Assembly (NCBI RefSeq): GCF_018977255.1
Contig: NW_024704742.1
Span: forward strand, 37,946,001 to 38,010,000
Direction of reading: 5' to 3'
DNA from: Callorhinchus milii
Lineage: Eukaryota
Length of the DNA stretch: 64,000 nucleotides
The notes below the pieces were generated by a model that was not told the origin of the DNA, ran no database searches, and saw only the letters and a list, made by a program, of their open reading frames with translations. The stretch's first letter is position 1. Each line of letters begins with the position of its first letter. The translations under genes were made by a program, and so were the position numbers. Below, piece after piece: positions 12,398-24,945 of this stretch.

Positions 12398-13249
12398 CGA
12401 GCTCCACCATTGACAACAACTATACACAGTACATGGAATTAAGCCATCCTCACACACACTGTTGTATATTAAATAGAATAATATAGTTTGGAGCATGTTT
12501 CAAGGATATGAGTGGTTGACTGCTGAGTATTTGGCTATTAAATCCAGGCTGCCTGAGACGTGTGATTCCTGATACAGAGGTGTTCCAATAACTGTCAGCA
12601 TATGCAGGTTGGGAGTGATGCTGTTTGCTTGATGTTGTGAGAACGATGTACCAACTCCTGGAGAGAAAGAAAGCAATATTTTACTAAATTTTCTCTTATA
12701 CCAACTGATGGCTTTAATAGAGCTAGTCGGATGCACTAAACAGTGGGAAATGGGCCATGAGGAGTTCGTTAAGAATTTTCTGATTGTGTGGTCTTGAGTT
12801 GGAGAACCACCTACTTATACAGATTAAAGTCCAACTGAAATATGGCATGGATTAGTTTGTGTATGTGTTTCGGTCTTGGTTCCAAAATACCTGTTCTTTA
12901 TTAAAGTACACAACTCTTACCCATGATGTTTAAAATTACTTTTTAAATTGTTTTATTTTGTATTTTCTTTAGTCTTCCCATGCACGCATCGTATCCAGTG
13001 TGTAAGGAGCTGACTTATATCCAACTCTTTGCCAACAAAAACTGCATGCAACCAGCCATAATGAAATATGGGGGGGTGGTGGGGGATGCGGAGGGAGAGA
13101 GAATGGAGGGTGATTTGAGCCCTTAATTTTTCTCCTCAGTTTTTTACCGCCCTATTTTCTGATGCCTTGTTTGAGATCAGCAGCCTACCACTTACAAGAA
13201 ATTGAGGAATCAGTTGTGAACATGTATCTTCTGGTGATGTGAATTGCAG

Positions 13250-13545
13250 TAATAATAAACAATCCTTGCATTTGATATGATGCCTTTCATGTCAGGTGGA
13301 AGTCTCACTAAAGCCTTTCGTAGGATTTACTGTAAAGTGTAGTGACTGTGTATTTGCTAGAACTCTGCTGCAGCCAATTTGCACACAGCAATATCCCACA
13401 AACAGCCATGAAATGAATGATCAATTTTATCTGGGGGACCGTTGGCCAGGACACATGGAGAAACTCCCTTTTCTTGAATAGTGCCATGGGACCTTTTGGA
13501 GTTGGCATAGCTCTACACAATGGAGAGATGGGACCTGGTTTTCTA
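13250..13545 (-). mobile_element. Deu-type SINE
   Basis: Tail aatccttgcatttgatat; gcagccaatttgcacacagcaatatcccacaaacagc; ttggccaggacac. Confidence 0.8.
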
Positions 13546-13919
13546 TCTGTGAGTACTCACGTGGTGATTTCCATATTTCAATCGTACAAGCGTGTAGTGC
13601 TGCCAGGCAGGAGGTAGGGAAAGAAGGTAAAATCAAGGGCCTTGGCATCTGTGGCAGATCTCAGATGCCTCTTTACAACTGTCTGTAGAGTGGCATTGGT
13701 AGAGACTCAGAAGCCATCCTCTCTGTAAGGAAAAGTTCAGGAAAACATAACAAAAATAATGCACAAAAGGTCCTTACATACTCGCTTCAGATTTTTACAG
13801 AAGAAGCTGCAACTAGGTGTTTCAGTTGGAGTAGAAGTGGTGCAAACGTGCAAGTTATTTTGGAAGGTAGGAGAGTGATGATGTTACAGTACTTCATATT
13901 GGTACCATGCCAACATTTA

Positions 13920-14465
13920 AAAAACAACTTGCATTTATATAGCCCCCTCTCGCGAAAGGTAGTCTCCCAGACCTCTTGACAGTGGAGGAGCACGACTCCG
14001 AGCTGGAGGAAAGGGAGAGGGGCCCTTAGGCACGGTCGAAGAGGTAGGTCTTCAGGCACGACCTGAAGATAGGGAAGGAAGGGGCAAGGCGGAGGGATTG
14101 AGGGATAGTGTTCCAGAATTTTGGGGCATAGTGGCTGAAAGCGCAGCTGCCAATGGTGGAATGGAGCGCATGAGGGACAAGTAGGAGGCCAAAGCCAGTC
14201 GAGTGGAGGCAATGGGTAGTGGGTTGGAGAGTAAGCAGTTTGGAGAGGTAGGGAGGTGCCAGGCATGAGGGATTTGGTGTGTGAGCATGTTGAAATCGAT
14301 CCATTTGGGTGATAAGGAGCCAGTGGAGCCTGACAAGAACTGGTGTGATGGGGGTACAGAGTATAGTGCGGGTGAGTATGCGAGCGTCAGAGCTTTAGAT
14401 AAACTGGATTTTGTGAATCATGGAGCTAGGGATTTGTGCAAGGAGGACATTTGAGTAGGAGGTAG
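13920..14465 (-). mobile_element. L2 LINE 3' fragment
   Basis: ORF 14026..14304 (AFSHYAPKFWNTIPQSLRLAPS...LKTYLFDRA) parallels the C-terminus of the 7653-8846 copy; caacttgcatttatatag tail. Confidence 0.85.
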
Positions 14466-15217
14466 CAAACCACCATTTCTCTTGTGATTGGAAAATTAAA
14501 TTGGCTCGAGGGGAATCATTCTAGTATGTGGAGGCTCTGCCAGTGGCGGAAATGCCACAGGAATCTTTCTAATATTTAGGTAATGGAGATCAGATAGGTG
14601 ATAGCGATTATGAAGCCGCACACATGAAGTCATTGCTGTTGATTAATCACAAAGAACAGGCACAGGAAGAGAGCTGTCATTCTCATAACTGAGGTAATAA
14701 GGATCAGGATTCCTTTCAATTTAAGACATCATTTAAGGTTTATTTTTAGGTACACTGCTGTCCAAATCTAAGCGTTGTTATCATTTATTAATTCCATGTT
14801 TAACTTTATCCCCCTTATTCAGGTGGCGTTACACAAACCTCTTCTGCAGTTAAGAGGCCAATTGGATTTTTATCAAATCTGTTAGGCACATAAACATGTC
14901 CTGAAGGCGTCTGTTTTTTCTCAGTTGTCAGTTGATACATTTTATTACTCTAGCCACAGGAGCCTGTACAGTAGACCTGTTGGATTCTATGAATTTGCCA
15001 TGTTTGGGAAATTGTAACCCAGCTCTGCTATTTTACTGTTCATTTGGTCCACAAAGTGGCCCATTGCTGTGGGACCCCATCACATGTTGTCTTAATAATG
15101 CTCAAAAGGAACATACATCAATTGTGGAGGTAAATAGTGTAATAGACACATATATCTGCTTGTTTGATGTTGATTTAGTAACAACCCTTACCCTGGATGA
15201 CTAAATAGCACACTCAG

Positions 15218-15530
15218 TAGTAATAATAATGATTGCATTTGATATAGCAACTTATCACATTGCTGAAATATCTCAGAACGCTTCACAGGAACAATGTTTT
15301 CAAGTGTTGTGACTACTTTGAAGTCTAGCTTGGCAGTTAATTTGTGCCCAGCCATGTCCCGCAAACAACCACAAGGTAAATGACCAATTTTATCCAGTGG
15401 GATTGTTCACCAGGACACCGAGGGAAAAACTTCCTTATCTTTTAGATTGATGCCATGATATCTTTAGCATCCACATGAATAAATATACAGCACCTGGGTT
15501 TCAAGTCTCAGCATAAGAACTCCAGCAATG
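15218..15530 (-). mobile_element. Old Deu-type SINE
   Basis: taataataatgattgcatttgatatagc tail plus degenerate body. Confidence 0.7.
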
Positions 15531-15669
15531 AAGTCCTAATCTATGATTAAAATATAATGTAGCATATAGATTTTACGGTGGTTACTATGAAGAAGTATTA
15601 ACTAAAAAGGTTTCAATTAACAAATTATTTCCACTGCACCTTCTTCTCTATTTGGAAGAATTGCTGGCT

Positions 15670-15884
15670 CTTATTACTTTCCGGGAGTAATAATCACTTC
15701 AAAAAAAAATAATAATTTGGTCACTCAATCCATGATTGTTTGTGTGTAATTGGCTGCCATGTTTGGCCCACAATATGTACAGTTAATTCACTTGATCAAA
15801 TGATACAGTATATCATGTGAAGTGCTTTGAGACATCTCAGTGATGTGATGAGGTGCTATATCAAATGCAAGGATTATTATTATT
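15670..15884 (+). mobile_element. Young SINE, 3' half
   Basis: tggtcactcaatccatga...gctatatcaaatgcaaggattattattatt. Confidence 0.85.
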
Positions 15885-16799
15885 GAATATTGAGGCAAGT
15901 GTATGTCTGCCCATTTGTTCAACAAATTGTTTTAGTTACTGAAAAATTGCATTTCAAACACTTAGGACTGTTAATCTTATCAAGACGTCATGCTTCTGTT
16001 AAAACTGCCTGTAAATTCCAGTTAAAGAGAGTAAATCCATTTAGGATTCTAAATGCTTTGTTTTGGTTACAATTCTCTTTGTTTTAGTACCATTACCTCT
16101 CGTCACCAGTACTCCTGGAAGTCATCTTGTGCTTAAGCTTCACTGATCAGCTCGGGAAATAACTATTGCACAAAAGGTTTCTCTTTGAACTTGAGCTCTG
16201 ACTTTTATTTCTTTTTAAATAATCTTTGTGTGTTTTTGACAGAAACTCATCAGAACAAGTCGATTGCTGAGATGATTAGCATAATTAGTACATGTTTGCT
16301 CTTGTTACTTTCATAAGTTATCAATTTGTAATGAGTTTGGCAAATTCAATGGGATGGCCAAAGGAGGATTGTGTATTAGCTAATTCTGAGCTATAGCTCG
16401 CAGTGATTGAGAACTGTCATGTCACCCACAGCGAGTCAATCACTAGTGAAGCTGAATCAAATTTTCATTCTACAGCTTTCTTGTCTGTCGGTATGATGTT
16501 TCACGCCATGCTTTCTGACCTACTCTTTTGTAAATATCTTTAATATAATGAATGTATTTTCAATAAACTCCTGATAACTTGATACTAGCTTAACTTGTCA
16601 CTGCCACTTAAGCATCATGCTGTCAATACCTGTCAATAACCGAGCTTCATTTATTTGTGTGTTTATACACATATACAACTTGCCACCCTGGATAACTCGG
16701 ACTGAGCCCTTTTCTCTTTTAATGATGAGTTATCAAGCGTTTACTGAAGTTAGTTACATCATTATTTTGCTGTGAACTTCGTTGATTGATTTTTCGAGA

Positions 16800-16895
16800 T
16801 TCGCAGGCAATTCATTTTACAGTGTATTCCGTGAAGCGCTTTGTGATGTCTTGAAGACTTGCTAAAGCGCTATATCAAATGCAAGGATTATTATT
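16800..16895 (+). mobile_element. Young SINE, 3' end
   Basis: gtgaagcgctttg...gcgctatatcaaatgcaaggattattatt. Confidence 0.85.
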
Positions 16896-16911
16896 GGTAT
16901 TAATGGCACAA

Positions 16912-17130
16912 ATAATTATAATAATAAATAATAATCCTTGCATTTGATATAGCGCTTTTCACATCGGAAGGACGTCCCAAAGCGCTTCACAGAACACACT
17001 GCAAAGTGAATTGACTGTATATTTGTGGGCGAACGTGGCAGCCAATTGCGCACAGCAATGTCCCACAAACAGTCGTAGATTGAAAATGACCAATTTATTA
17101 TTGTTTTGGGTTTTTGGAGGGATTATTATT
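16912..17130 (-). mobile_element. Young SINE, 3' half (tail-to-tail with the previous copy)
   Basis: Reverse-complement tail and body. Confidence 0.88.
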
Positions 17131-18679
17131 CTGCCACTTTCTTGTAAGAGAGTAATATGTGTTGATAAAAAGCTGATTTAAAAGGGACAAATGACATCAG
17201 CTAGCATTATGGAATTGCTTTTGGACACTGATATACATTAACTGCCATGCAATAAATTCTATCATTATCAGCAAAACCATTTGAAATGAATTGGACCATT
17301 GCACAGAGCAGGGTGTATATGTGCACTCATTGGGTATACCTCTCCTGAAGTGTCAAACAGCCAAAGCAACAACCGAAAGAGAATATAGTATTTCTATACT
17401 TTCCATTGATCTGCCTGCTAATCTCCCACCCCCTCCTCTCTCAACACACACATTGCATACATGCATCATCAGAACTCGAGCATCTATAGTGAGTAGTCCT
17501 ATACTTACAGGCTAGTTAATTTCTTGTTAATATATGGTTGCAAGTAAGAATCATCAGAATGCAGTTTTGTTTGACCCAGAATCCAAGGGGGATATCGGGT
17601 TCTGTTTACCATCTTAAATATTTACATTTAATTTGTTCTCTTAGCATTTTTGATTATACCATAGGTTCTTGCTAAGTTAATTGTCAATGTCCAGTCAGGG
17701 AGTTGGAGTATAAGTAATTTTACATCCTCTATCACTGCATTCCTGGCCTCAGCCCCCTGCTGTGGGATGTTGGCAGCTGAGAGCAGCTCTGGCAGACAGG
17801 GAACCACCCAGCTCCTCCAGAGCCAGATCATTGCCTGCACAGACCAGGCAACCGATGAGAAAAATCAAACAATTTTGGCTGCAAAACCTCTATCTGATGT
17901 GAACAACCTGACCTTTGGTTGACATTGCAGGTATCCCCACCCAAACCACACTAATAATGAGAGAAGATGGTACATAATTGTGTAGCGTTTTAAAGTCCAT
18001 ACTTTTCTCTAAATGGCAAACTGCTTACCAGACATTATGATAGCAGCATCTTTTTAAAATCACTTCTGGGAACCTAGCCCCAGTCAGTTATACAGGGCAA
18101 ACCAAGAAAATTAGTCCCAGAGGTTGAAAGGTGAAATGAAGCATAGCGCAAAACTAACTGTTGAGTTCCCTTTCACATAAGCAGCTCACATTATCTGAAT
18201 TAACCTAGGAATGACCTTGTACAAGCGACCTTTATCCTGCTCTGAAATAATTGAACCTAATCAGAAGCAGCCGTCCTGATTATATCACAACCTACGTGGC
18301 TGCTTGCATGGTTAACAGTTCTTTAACGTCCATTGGACTATTTCTGGCTTTTGATCTGCGACAAGAGAATGTTGGGAATCTCTGGTACATGAGGGAACAT
18401 TCCCCAACAAACTCTTCTCTGTTAAAGGAACATTCTGATCTGGTAAAGTGTCCTTAAGACTCTTTACTAGGTCTGCAGTTCAGTCATGCAGCAGATGACT
18501 AAGTACATCCTTGGACCTGCATGATATTTTTATATGAAACTGAATCTTGTATTAAGCATAGAAACTACTTGCGTTTATAGATCACCCTTCACGTGGAGTA
18601 GTGTCTCGGAGTCCTTAAATTAGAATATCGCTGTATGGAAGTTCATTACTGCAACATACATTTCAACAGCTGAAACAGA

Positions 18680-18872
18680 CATACGGTTCCTGGTTTGATC
18701 CAGTGCTGAGCTGGCTTATTGTAGGTAGGTAACAGTAGATGTGATACAGTAGATCTCAGCACTCCTGAGGTGAGGGAAGGAAAAAAATCAGCCAGAGTTT
18801 CTCATTGCTACTGAGACACCTCCTGCTGGAAAGCAAACCTTGATAGTGGATAAACACTGGACCAGGCTGATG
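18680..18872 (+). repeat. Second old SINE-like interspersed repeat
   Basis: gggaaggaaaaaaatcagccagagtttc...cctgctggaaagc matches the reverse complement of 21170-21345; related pieces at about 52690-52885 and 55500-55665. Confidence 0.55.
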
Positions 18873-19579
18873 GTCCGCGAAGATGTCCCACATACACTCA
18901 CTGTGTATGCTTGTTTGGGAACTGATGACCTGGAAGTTAGTCAACTTTGGAATTTTACGGAGTCCCAACTACAGGGTAGTAATGGGGTTGTATTAGAACA
19001 TGGAAAACCCTTGAAGCTGAATATTTAGAAAAGAATGGATTAAGTAATTGAGAGGACAACATAAAGGAAGCAGGGAATCAGAATTAAACAACAACAACTT
19101 GCATTGATATAGTGCTCCTCACCAGCGTAGCATCCTGGAGTGCTTGGCATTAAAAGCACAGCATGGAGCTCAGGCTGAACCTGGGACCAGTGGACCTAGA
19201 ACCCAGCACAGAGGCATCGTATGCTGAACTTTCTATTCTATCAATTTTAAATGACAAGTCAGTGGAGATAGCACAAGATACTGAAACAAAATAGTGCTTT
19301 TTTAATCACAAATGTTAAAGAGGGCTCCTCTCTCCCCCCACCCCTTCAAACCTTCAAAACCACCATCCATTTCAAAGTGATGTGGTGAAAGTTCTTTTGT
19401 TCTGCCATTTGGTGTCAGATTTTATTTAAACAGGAAGTGCTCATGAAAAGGGGGTAAACTATGAGCTTGGAAATTATAGTACAGTTAGCCCCTATCTGCA
19501 ATAGGGAAAGACGGAGAATTATATGAAATGCTATCAACGTTCATTGAAGCAACACAAAGACTATAAGAATTTATCCACA

Positions 19580-19672
19580 TGGATGTAGAAGCAATAGGTT
19601 ATGCCTCACAAATCTCCTGGAATTCTTTGAGGAGGTAACTGAACTAGTGGATATAATTTACTTGGGTTTTCA
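19580..19672 (+). mobile_element. CR1 RT fragment
   Basis: tgcctcacaaatctcctggaattctttgaggaggtaact = CLTNLLEFFEEVT, then a DIIYL.FQ-like segment; typical of CR1 ORF2. Confidence 0.75.
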
Positions 19673-20250
19673 GTGTGGGACTTTTAAGTGAAGCTACTGT
19701 ATTTCTGAAACCTTGTCAGTTGGCACTATTCGGGCAAAGTTTGTGACAGTTCATACGCAATCCTTGTATTTGTTAAACTAAGAAATGGCGCAAACTTCAT
19801 TCTCAACTTTACACTGGTATAAACTGACCTTTCAATCAGGCCTAGCTCCTAGCAGTGTAATGTCTCCATCATTATAGAAATGCATGCTGTCTGCTCCTTA
19901 TGATCTGTTATTAAGGCACATTGTTAGTAAAAAAANTATTACAAGAAACTACTGCTTGTCAAGTCGGTTTCCTGATGTGTGGAGTTTTCACTCTGCTTTT
20001 AGACTCAGAAATAGTTTAAAATCAAGATTCTCTTTGAAACTACCGTTGTACTGAGATTGCGGGAGGGAGGTTTTTAATTAACACCAGGAATGTCTTGTGA
20101 AATGCTGCGGACTTTGCCTCTTTAATGCATACTGGACACTTTGTTTAGGGGGAGGTGGATTTTGTGTCCATTAAGATGAGTGGGCTGAGGTGACGTGGAG
20201 AGAGAAGGGTAAACCAACTTTGGATTTCAGTCACCCATCATCAGCATTAA

Positions 20251-21168
20251 ACATTAGAATACATTAGTATACATTAGAATATTCAGGACTGAAACAGGCC
20301 ATTCGACCCAACTGGTCAATGTTTATGCTCCACATGAGCCTCCTCCTGCCCTTCCTCAACTAAGCCTTCAAGCATAACCTTATATTCCTTTCTCCCTCAT
20401 GTACCTATCTAGCTTCCCCTTAAATACATCTGTGCTATTTGCCTCAACAACTCCTTGTGGTAGCATGTTCACATTCCCATTACTCTCTGTGTAAATAAAT
20501 TTCTTCTAACTTCCCTATTTGATCTATTTTTGACTATTTTATATTGATGGCCCCTGGTTTTGGTTTCCCCCACAAGTGGAAACATCGTCCCTATGTCTAC
20601 CCTATCAAAACCTTTCATCATTTTAAAGATCTCTATCAGGTCACCCCTCACCCTCCTCTTTTCAAGAGAAAAGAGTCCAAGTACGTTCAGCCTTTCCTGA
20701 TAGGTATAACCTCTCAGTTCTGGGATATCCTTGTGAATCTCCTTTGCACCTTCTCCAGTGCCTCCACATCCCTTGTATAATGTGGGGACCAGAACTGCAC
20801 ACAGTATTCTAAGTGTGGTCTAACCAAAGTTCTATAGTAGTTGACCATAAATTCCCTGCTTTTCATTTCTATCCCTCTAGAAATGAACCCCAATGCCTGG
20901 TTTGCTTTTTTATGGCCTTAATAACCTGCGTTGCTACATTTAGTGAATTGTGTATGTGTACCCCTAGATCCCTTTGCTCCTCTACCCCATTTAGGTTTTT
21001 ATTTTCCAGGATGTATGTGACTTCCTTATTCCTTCTACCAAAATGTACCACCTCACACTTTTCTACATTGAAATGCATTTGCCATTTAAATGCCCACTCA
21101 GCAAGTTTATTAATGTCTTGCTGTAATTTGTTGCAGTCCTCCTCTGTTTTAACTACTCCCCCCAATTT
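20251..21168 (-). mobile_element. 5'-truncated CR1 LINE (RT C-terminus and 3' UTR)
   Basis: ORFs 20869..21180 (LQQDINKLAEWAFKWQMHFNVEKCEVVHFG) and 20469..20651 (RGDLIEIFKMMKGFD...TRGH); short tandem tail (acattagaat)-like x3 at 20251-20280. Confidence 0.92.
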
Positions 21169-21169
21169 G

Positions 21170-21345
21170 AGTGTGAGCATTGGAGGTCATCACAGATAAG
21201 CCCGATCCTGTCCTTAGTTGGAGCTGACATCCACATGCATGGCGTTTCCAGCAGAGGTCACTTGAGCAGGATAATTGCTGATCAGGAGCAGAAACACTGG
21301 GTGATTTTTCTTCCCTACCCCATCTAACCCAGTGACACTGAGTTA
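21170..21345 (-). repeat. Second old SINE-like repeat, minus-strand copy
   Basis: Reverse complement of the 18680-18872 motifs (tttccagcagagg...ctgggtgatttttcttccct). Confidence 0.55.
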
Positions 21346-22165
21346 TTCTTGCCTTTAATAATATACTTCAGATTTAAACAATTCCTACATATTTTAAGAT
21401 CATAAAGATTGGAAACGTGTTTCAAGTGGACGGACATGATTGGGTGAGCAGGGTTAAAGAGAAGTGGTGCTGTATAGTGAAGCAATCATATTGGATTTTT
21501 TTTAGTTAATGGTACTCCTGCATGAATTGAAATGTGGTTGTTTAGATTATGGCTATATTCTGCTTTCCCTTATCCTGTATTTTTACCGGAACACAATAAA
21601 TCCTGGTGCAGTGACTTAAAGTTGAGTGGCAATAGTTTGTGTGAAAGTGAACAGATGGGATTTGTGCATCCTCCGTGATGGGGGTGTAAGTGACCCAACC
21701 ACACAAAACACTTTACAATGCGTGGGGCCCATTGTGGAAATAGCACTTTGCGGGCTAAGGAGTTGCTCTCATCTCATGTTTTACTTATTTTGCTTTACGA
21801 ATTAGCCAAATTGAGCAATGTAATTCTTTCCTTACTCGGGTGTTGATTTGTGGGATACAGGGGAAGAATCAAGTAGATCTATGAAGAAAACCTAGAAACT
21901 ATCATCAGGATTCAGGAATAGTTGATTGCAAGGTATCCGTTATAACAAACGTGTCTGGATCCAATGTCTAAGACCTGCATTTTGTAATCGTGTGAATAAA
22001 CAGTTGACATTTGGGTCATTGGGTTGCCACTGTCTGCACTTCCGATGAGCAAAAGGGATAGCATCATGTGATATCAGCAACTCGTTCTGCACATTGTGCC
22101 TGGAGTGCAGGAAGTTACAGCAGCAGTGATCTAAGAACCCGCACTGAACTGGAGCGAGTTCTAAC

Positions 22166-22347
22166 TGTTAAGATCACAAGAAACAAACGTAGACCATAGA
22201 TTGCTTTAATTCAATAGCACACCAAGTACAAGTTCTGCAACTTGCTTCTAAACGCCTTCCCCTCTGCGATTGGTCATGCTTTTATAATCAATCTGATCAT
22301 ACTCAGTCCAGTAAATTGATCCAATTCCTCAGCTGATATTCCTAACA
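22166..22347 (-). mobile_element. Solo LTR (182 bp) of an LTR retrotransposon
   Basis: Termini TGTTA...TAACA; flanks CTAAC (22161-22165) and CTAAT (22348-22352) form a 5-bp TSD with one mismatch; on the - strand TATAAAA is followed by ATTAAA. Confidence 0.7.
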
Positions 22348-23002
22348 CTAATGTAATGAGGCTAGTATACGGTTTTGAGCTATAATTTTTCAATCTATAC
22401 CTACATTTCCACCTTTGTAATCGTGTACACACTGATCCATCTTCATCTGATTTATTAAACTCCTTACGCAGTTACCAAACTAATCTATAGTATTTTTCCA
22501 AGTAATATTCTGCTTTTGATGTGTTGCTTTTCAGTATTCATGCCTACCTGATAACTGCCTAATGGAAAGATGGATTCACTTTTAATAAGAGCAAGCTGAA
22601 GGAACTCTTTAAAATTTTGGATTGTTTTCTGAACAAAATATTGGCAAGGAGCACATGTATGCAGAATATCTAAGCGATGTTCCCAAATGGGCAGCCAAGC
22701 ATTTATTTGTCCCAAGCACAGCACGAAACCACAGCAAGAGGAACTAGAGGCAAATGATGACAATGGAATTCGATTTTCAATGGGATTTGGGGAGTATGAA
22801 AGAGAGCTATGACATTTAAATACAGCTGTTCAGACTGTTATGTTTCTTTCCTAATCTTGTGCATTCCTATGGGATGGTAGGTAGTTGTATTCAATAATTC
22901 ATATGGTTTATGTTGTGTTGCCACGTAATATCTTACACATGTTTTTGTTGGAAGTCGATCACCTCTCTCTCTCCCTCTCTGCTGCAAGATTCCAGAAATA
23001 CA

Positions 23003-23120
23003 AAATAATCCTTGCATTTGGTATGGCGCCTTTTATGTCAGGATGTTGTCCCAAAGTGATTTACTATATATGCTGTAAAGCAGAGGGACACTGTGTGTTT
23101 CATGGGCAAAACTGGCAGTG
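23003..23120 (-). mobile_element. SINE 3' tail fragment
   Basis: aataatccttgcatttggtatggcgcc... Confidence 0.7.
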
Positions 23121-23524
23121 GAGTTGCTATGTGTTTTGTGGGCAAAACCTAAAGATTATCTTAATTTGTTTTGGTCAGCCAGCTGTCTGACACATGTGGA
23201 AAACCATCACCATAAGATTATCCAAACCAGATTGTGTTTGAAGCATGCCACCTACATATGTAAATTCCTGTGTATTGGAATGGAATGTGCACTCTCTCCA
23301 TGGAGGGACACATCCTGTTTATCTAATTCCAGAGAGTATTAGGTACAGGCTGGCAAGAGCCAAGATTTAGGGACCCCAGAGTGTGTGTTTGGGTACTGCT
23401 GGAGTATAGCCAGCTAAAACCCCATAGCTTGTCCTTAAGAGTACAGCTAGCAAGCTTTCCTGCTGCTTGTCCAGCTAGGATCATCCTATCCGTTAGGGCT
23501 TTGACTTGCAGGGCTCACAGGAGC

Positions 23525-23812
23525 TGAGTGGGATGATTCCCTGCCATGTACTGCCGATGAGCCAGGTTGTGCAATCTGACATCAGCAGTGCCCTGGAATA
23601 TTGTGGACCCATCTGGCTCAGGAACAGGATTACCGAGACCACCACAGGGGGCTGGCTCAACATTCTGTTGCCAGGCATGTCACCTTGAAGCCATTTCAGC
23701 TCCAAGGAGACCTCACTTACCCCTCCCCCAGGATGATCGGCACGAGTTGATCATTTGACATCCAAAAAGTGCGAGTTTGAGTCTCACTCATCGGATGGCA
23801 GGTTCCAGGAAC
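23525..23812 (-). repeat. Unclassified modular repeat, copy B
   Basis: Reverse complement aligns with 2700-2945 and with 41410-41560. Confidence 0.65.
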
Positions 23813-23844
23813 AACCTGAGCCTCCTGGTAAGCAACACAACTCA

Positions 23845-24945
23845 GCAACAACAATAATAAAATTCCATTTGGAAAGCGCCTTTCACGTCGAGAGGACGTC
23901 CCAAGGCGCTGGACAGACAGAGTTTCGGATGAGCTGGGGGTCGGCGTCGTGGAGGGCAGGAGGGAAAGCAGGGAGATCGAAAGCTCAGTCGAAGAGGAGG
24001 ATCGTGAGATGGGTCTTGAAGGAGGTAAAGGAATGGACGAGGCGGAGGGACTGCGAGATGGAGTTCCAGAGGGTGGGGGCAGAGTGGCAGAAGGCCCACC
24101 CACCAATAGTGGGGCGAGCGAGGCGGGGGATGTGAAGCAGGCCGGAGCCCGCTCAGCGGAGGGAGCGAGCAGGATGGTAGGGGGTTAGAAGGTTGCAGAG
24201 GTAGGGGGGAGCAAGACCATGGAGGGCTTTGAAGGTGAGGACCAGTATCTTGAACTGTATCCTCTGTGTGATGGGAAGCCAGTGGAGTTGGGCGAGGATG
24301 GGAGTGATAGGGTCATGGAGCCTGGTGCGGGAGAGGGCAAGGACTGCAGAGTTCTAGATAATCTGCAGCCTGTGGAAGGAGGAGTTGCCGAGACCGACAA
24401 GCAAAGAGTTTGCATAGTCCAATCTCGATATACTGAAAGCATGTATCAGGTTTTCGGCAGAGTGAGACAGTGACGGAGCTGGGAGATGTTGTGGAGATGG
24501 GGGAAGGCAGAGCGGGTCATGGCACAGATGTGGGGTAGAAAGGATAGTTGAGGGTCAAACAAGACCCCAAGGTTCCGGACTGGCTTAGTAAGGTGGAGTG
24601 AGCAACCGTGGATGGTAATGTTATCAGCGCCTGAGGTGAGGAGGCGCTGACAGGAGCCAATCAGGAGAGCCTCGGCCTTGTTGATGTTCAACTGTAGAAA
24701 GTTAGCTCTCATTCCAGGACTTGATGTCTGACAGACATTCTGTCAGAACAGCAGTGGTCCTGGAGTCAAGGATGAAGGTAGAGATGTAGAGTTGGGTGTC
24801 ATCCATACACATGTGGAAGTTGACCCCATGTTTGCGGATAATGTCACAAAGAGGGAGCATATAGATATTGAAGAGGAGGGGACCAAGGACAGAGCCCTGA
24901 GGAACCCCGCATGAGATGGTGCAGGAGCTAGAGGAGAAACCGTTT
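23845..24945 (-). mobile_element. 5'-truncated L2 LINE, multiple frameshifts
   Basis: ORFs 24702..24992 ([27 protein letters not shown]) and 24446..24712 (NFLQLNINKAEALLIG); same 3' stem-loop and tail as 7653-8846. Confidence 0.92.
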
